NCBI GenBank assembly: GCA_963742415.1 | Contig: CAVULX010000002.1 | Span: 64,001 to 128,000, forward strand | DNA: 64,000 nucleotides | Direction: 5' to 3' | Source of the DNA: an uncultured Parachlamydiaceae bacterium | GTDB taxonomy: Bacteria > Chlamydiota > Chlamydiia > Chlamydiales > Parachlamydiaceae | In this document: piece by piece, positions 60,728 through 64,000 of the stretch | Layout of the letters: each line of letters starts with the position of its first letter | Numbering within the stretch: the first letter of the stretch is position 1 | Translations under genes and position numbers: made by a program | The notes under the pieces: generated by a model | What the model saw: only the letters and a program-made list of their open reading frames with translations | Database searches by the model: none | What the model was told of the DNA's origin: nothing

Positions 60728-62680
60728 TTGATGTACTCTTCTTTCCCTGATAGTCAATGTTTTGCTTGGCCTCGGTCTCTTGAATCTCCGGTTTTTGGCT
60801 TACCTGCAAATGATGGATCTTCCACTGTATCGGCCATCAACGACGACTTATCAAAGCTTAAGAAAAACTTGCAAAATCCTCTACGTGATTGTCTTTTTCG
60901 ATTTATAAACGCACGAGAGGAAACCCGAAATATCGGTCAAACCCTGACCTCCGTCATCTACATTTTGAAACAAAATTCAGCGATACCGGAAGAACTCCCC
61001 TCGGTAAAAAAAGTCCTTGATTCCTTCCAAACATTCTTGTTTGACTTTAATCCTTCCTATGGGCAAGGGGATAACTTCTATATCTCTAGCTTGCTGAAAG
61101 AGATCTCTCAACGCCTTTTGCTATCCTTAGCCGATGATCCTAAAATCGATTGTGAAACATTTCAAGCTTCTTTTGATTATTTTGCACAAATCCTCAGTTT
61201 CCTAACTGATGAAAACAAGCCTTCTACACACACCTGGAATTTTACTTGGCACATTCTTTATCGGACGAAAAACGACAGTATTTTTATTTGGCTTTTTACA
61301 AACATTTTTCACCTCTCAGAAGATCTGGCCCAACCTATCTTTCCGAGAATATTTGAAGAGCTAATTATTAAGGCTTTACAAAATATAAACATCAAATATT
61401 CTGTTGCACTTCATTGCATTAAACATGTGATCAACAGCTTTCAAGTAGCACCGGAAAGTGGCGAGAAATTTCTCTCCTTTCTCTTGAAATTAGGTTCAAA
61501 GCTTTCCTCTTTAACCAAAGAAGAGGCCGTTGCAACCCTCGAATTGATTTATCGCCGAGGGCTATTGAATGATCCATCGTCTTTTATTAACCTGCATCGA
61601 AATGTATGTATGAAATTTTTAATTGTCCCTATCGACATTAAGACCAATTTGATTCCTTTAAATGTAAAACATTCCTCACCAGAAGCTATCATTGAACATT
61701 ACTTCGGAACTTTAAGATCTTTGCAAAATAAAACAATCAACTTCTTAAAAAAAAAACCCGCCAATCTGCAGATTTCTTTAACACATCAATCCCTTTGTTC
61801 TTTTAATTCAGCTTCAAAGCATTTAGAAAAATTGTGGTATGCAGCCCAAAATAAGCAAACAGCACTCCAGAAGTCTAATACCCGGACACTAGAAATAGAT
61901 GGCAAAAGCATGAAGAAAGTTAGGTTTGTAGATATGCCTTTAGAACTACTCTTCAAAGCTGATCCTATTCGGCTGCCGATTGAAGCAACTTTTGAAGAAT
62001 TAGCAAAAGCGATTAAATTTCAAAAAAAAATATTAACTTCAGAATTTCTTAGTTTGTTTTCAAGTTTGTATAAAACTACAGTAAAACTCGTGGATCCTAC
62101 TGCATCAAAAAAAATGCCCTGGATGGATTTCTGGCTTTTCTTCAAAAATTCTATAATATTTTATGAGGATTTACGTTTCTTGTTGGAGAATAACGAACAA
62201 CTTTTCGGAGCAATAGAAAAGGCCCCCCCCCCTAATAAAGAACCTACTTCTAATTCAATCAGAACAGAACAAAGACTTTTGAAACTGCAAATACAAACCA
62301 TGAAAGAGGATTGGGAACCCAAGTTAGTCAGTAAGAGCAAAAAAGAGCTTATCAACATTTTTTGCTCGTTCCACATCTCTAGAATGAGCGGAACCGTGAC
62401 AGATCAAACTCGCTCTGCTTTAGAAAAAAGAGGAAAATGCCTTGTACAACAAATAGGGGAATTTGAATTAGCTTTTAAAGATAAAGATCCAAAATATTCG
62501 GAAACAAATTTCTATCAAAAAGAGGTATTAACCTCTCTTCGGTGCGGACTCGATGAATGGCAAACAGATTTGATTGATGATGAAGCCAGTCTAAAAAATA
62601 TGGCACAGAAGCTCGAACCCACCTACGGGCATGAGATCATTTCAAGCTTATTGCCTTTAACGGCGGTACATTACTTTTGA
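60728..62680 (+). CDS. Hypothetical helical protein
   Basis: 650-aa ORF with GGGGG RBS-like run upstream; no recognised motif. Confidence 0.7.
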   Translation: MMYSSFPDSQCFAWPRSLESPVFGLPANDGSSTVSAINDDLSKLKKNLQNPLRDCLFRFINAREETRNIGQTLTSVIYILKQNSAIPEELPSVKKVLDSFQTFLFDFNPSYGQGDNFYISSLLKEISQRLLLSLADDPKIDCETFQASFDYFAQILSFLTDENKPSTHTWNFTWHILYRTKNDSIFIWLFTNIFHLSEDLAQPIFPRIFEELIIKALQNINIKYSVALHCIKHVINSFQVAPESGEKFLSFLLKLGSKLSSLTKEEAVATLELIYRRGLLNDPSSFINLHRNVCMKFLIVPIDIKTNLIPLNVKHSSPEAIIEHYFGTLRSLQNKTINFLKKKPANLQISLTHQSLCSFNSASKHLEKLWYAAQNKQTALQKSNTRTLEIDGKSMKKVRFVDMPLELLFKADPIRLPIEATFEELAKAIKFQKKILTSEFLSLFSSLYKTTVKLVDPTASKKMPWMDFWLFFKNSIIFYEDLRFLLENNEQLFGAIEKAPPPNKEPTSNSIRTEQRLLKLQIQTMKEDWEPKLVSKSKKELINIFCSFHISRMSGTVTDQTRSALEKRGKCLVQQIGEFELAFKDKDPKYSETNFYQKEVLTSLRCGLDEWQTDLIDDEASLKNMAQKLEPTYGHEIISSLLPLTAVHYF

Positions 62681-63022
62681 TGTCGCGGTCTCATAGATAG
62701 TGACCGCATACAAACCGGGAAGAAGAGGCTCCAAATAATCAAATATCCATTTAGCAATAAATTCTGCTGTCGGGGTGTCATTGTTCAAAGAATCGTTAAG
62801 CCATTTATGATCAAAATATTGATCAATCATCGGCTTAACTATTGTGTTCACGTCTTGGAAATCGATGACCATATTTTTTTTGGGACCTGTAGCGATCAGA
62901 TGGGGCGTCGCAAGATGAACAATTAATTGATAGGAATGCCCATGCGGAATGCTGCATTTGCCATCATGATTAAGAAGAACGTGACCCGCTTCAAAACTGA
63001 AAGACTTTTCAAGTTCAAACAT
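62657..63022 (-). CDS. queD: 6-carboxytetrahydropterin synthase
   Basis: FEAGH, KCSIPHGHSY, VIDF, DHKWLND, PTAEFIA and YET motifs. Confidence 0.9.
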   Translation of the reverse strand: MFELEKSFSFEAGHVLLNHDGKCSIPHGHSYQLIVHLATPHLIATGPKKNMVIDFQDVNTIVKPMIDQYFDHKWLNDSLNNDTPTAEFIAKWIFDYLEPLLPGLYAVTIYETATSKVMYRR

Positions 63023-63105
63023 CGCTTTCCTAAATCGAACTTTGGGTTGCCATCGCTTGTAATCCGTGGTAATCTTCTCATAAACGAGCTTATTTAGTCA
63101 AAGAA

Positions 63106-63909
63106 ATGCCTTCATCCCCTAAAACACTGATCCTCAAATTTGGCGGCGCTTCTGTTGCCACCCCTGCCCATTTTTCAAATATCGCTAACATCGTTTTGGC
63201 CCGCAGGCAACATTATCCACACATTGGGGTTGTAGTAAGCGCCATGGGAAACACCACAGATCAACTCATTGCCTTAGCCAAAGAAGTTCATCCCAATCCC
63301 CCCCGCCGGGAGTACGATATGCTTGTCTCCGTAGGTGAACGGATCAGCATTTCCCTTTTAGCGATGGCTCTCGCAGCTCATGGACATGAGGCTGTCAGCT
63401 TTACCGGCAGCCAGTCAGGCATCATCACATGCAATCGGCACACCGATGCAAAAATTATGGATGTCCGCCCCTATCGGCTCATACCCCACCTTGAGGCCGG
63501 CCGCATTGTCATCGTCGCCGGATTTCAAGGGGTCAGTAAAAGCGGCGAAATCACTACCCTAGGCCGCGGTGGTTCTGATACCAGCGCTGTGGCTCTTGGA
63601 ATAGCTTTAAAAGCGGAAATAGTTGAATTTTATAAAGATGTCGAGGGGATATATTCTGAAGATCCCAAAATGAACCCTGAAGCAGCTTTGCAGGATGAAT
63701 TGAGCTATGATGAAGCCTTAGCTATCACAACTGCCGGAGCCAAAGTTCTCCATCCCAGAAGCATCCAATTGGCAAAACGAAATGGAATTCCCCTCTGTGT
63801 TCGCTCTTTCAAACCAAACAATGTCGAAACTAACGCATTGACGGGTACTCTTATTCATAGCAAGTCTGATACCTCCTGCTCTTCTCCCGCTGTTTACGAA
63901 AATGAATAA
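63106..63909 (+). CDS. lysC: Aspartate kinase, catalytic domain only
   Basis: KFGGASV, VVVSAMGNTTDQL, AGFQG, TLGRGGSDTSAV and GAKVLHPRS; no ACT domains. Confidence 0.85.
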   Translation: MPSSPKTLILKFGGASVATPAHFSNIANIVLARRQHYPHIGVVVSAMGNTTDQLIALAKEVHPNPPRREYDMLVSVGERISISLLAMALAAHGHEAVSFTGSQSGIITCNRHTDAKIMDVRPYRLIPHLEAGRIVIVAGFQGVSKSGEITTLGRGGSDTSAVALGIALKAEIVEFYKDVEGIYSEDPKMNPEAALQDELSYDEALAITTAGAKVLHPRSIQLAKRNGIPLCVRSFKPNNVETNALTGTLIHSKSDTSCSSPAVYENE

Positions 63910-63949
63910 AAAAAACAGGATGGGCAGGCATGCCCATCCTGTTTTTTTT
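63908..63949. terminator. Bidirectional Rho-independent terminator
   Basis: A8-CAGGATGGGCA-ggca-TGCCCATCCTG-T8. Confidence 0.9.
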
Positions 63950-64000
63950 GTTATTTTTTAGCGGTTATTTCTGAGGCCTCTTTAACAGGCGAAAAACTTC

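Noticed and set aside
997-63562. Numerous short antisense or nested ORFs in the ORF track
   Set aside because: They lie within well-supported genes and lack RBS or motifs, so they are treated as shadow ORFs.
1-64000. CRISPR array, tRNA or rRNA genes
   Set aside because: No regularly spaced repeat-spacer series and no cloverleaf seen. GTTCGAAT at about 49670 and 52567 is ribF coding sequence.

Overview
Chromosomal window of an environmental member of the Chlamydiae (Parachlamydiales-like). The assignment rests on conserved chlamydial gene orders: sctU-sctV-copN-scc1-malQ, omcA-omcB, maf-HEAT-lptD and rpsA-nusA-infB-rbfA-truB-ribF. Core genes are interleaved with eukaryote-like or orphan effector candidates: a >2700-aa protein with SF2-helicase-like motifs, a BTB-LRR protein and an LTA4H-like M1 peptidase. 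There is also a PEP-CTERM protein and an orphan H-NOX domain that appears to lack the heme-ligating His. An accessory hotspot at about 38.4-52.6 kb holds intact RelE/XRE and AbiE toxin-antitoxin modules with visible operators, remnants of HipA-like and Gp49/HTH modules, fragments of an unknown repeat-domain gene family, a 113-bp duplication of the ribF 3' end, and two diverged IS607 (TnpA+TnpB) copies. Comparing the two copies defines exact GG ends, a shared AAGGG target/TAM candidate and a compensatory base-pair change in the predicted omega-RNA. Frameshifts in sctV, clpB and omcAB are most likely consensus-sequence errors. No rRNA, tRNA or CRISPR array was recognised. All calls come from reading the sequence and ORF translations; no database search was run.
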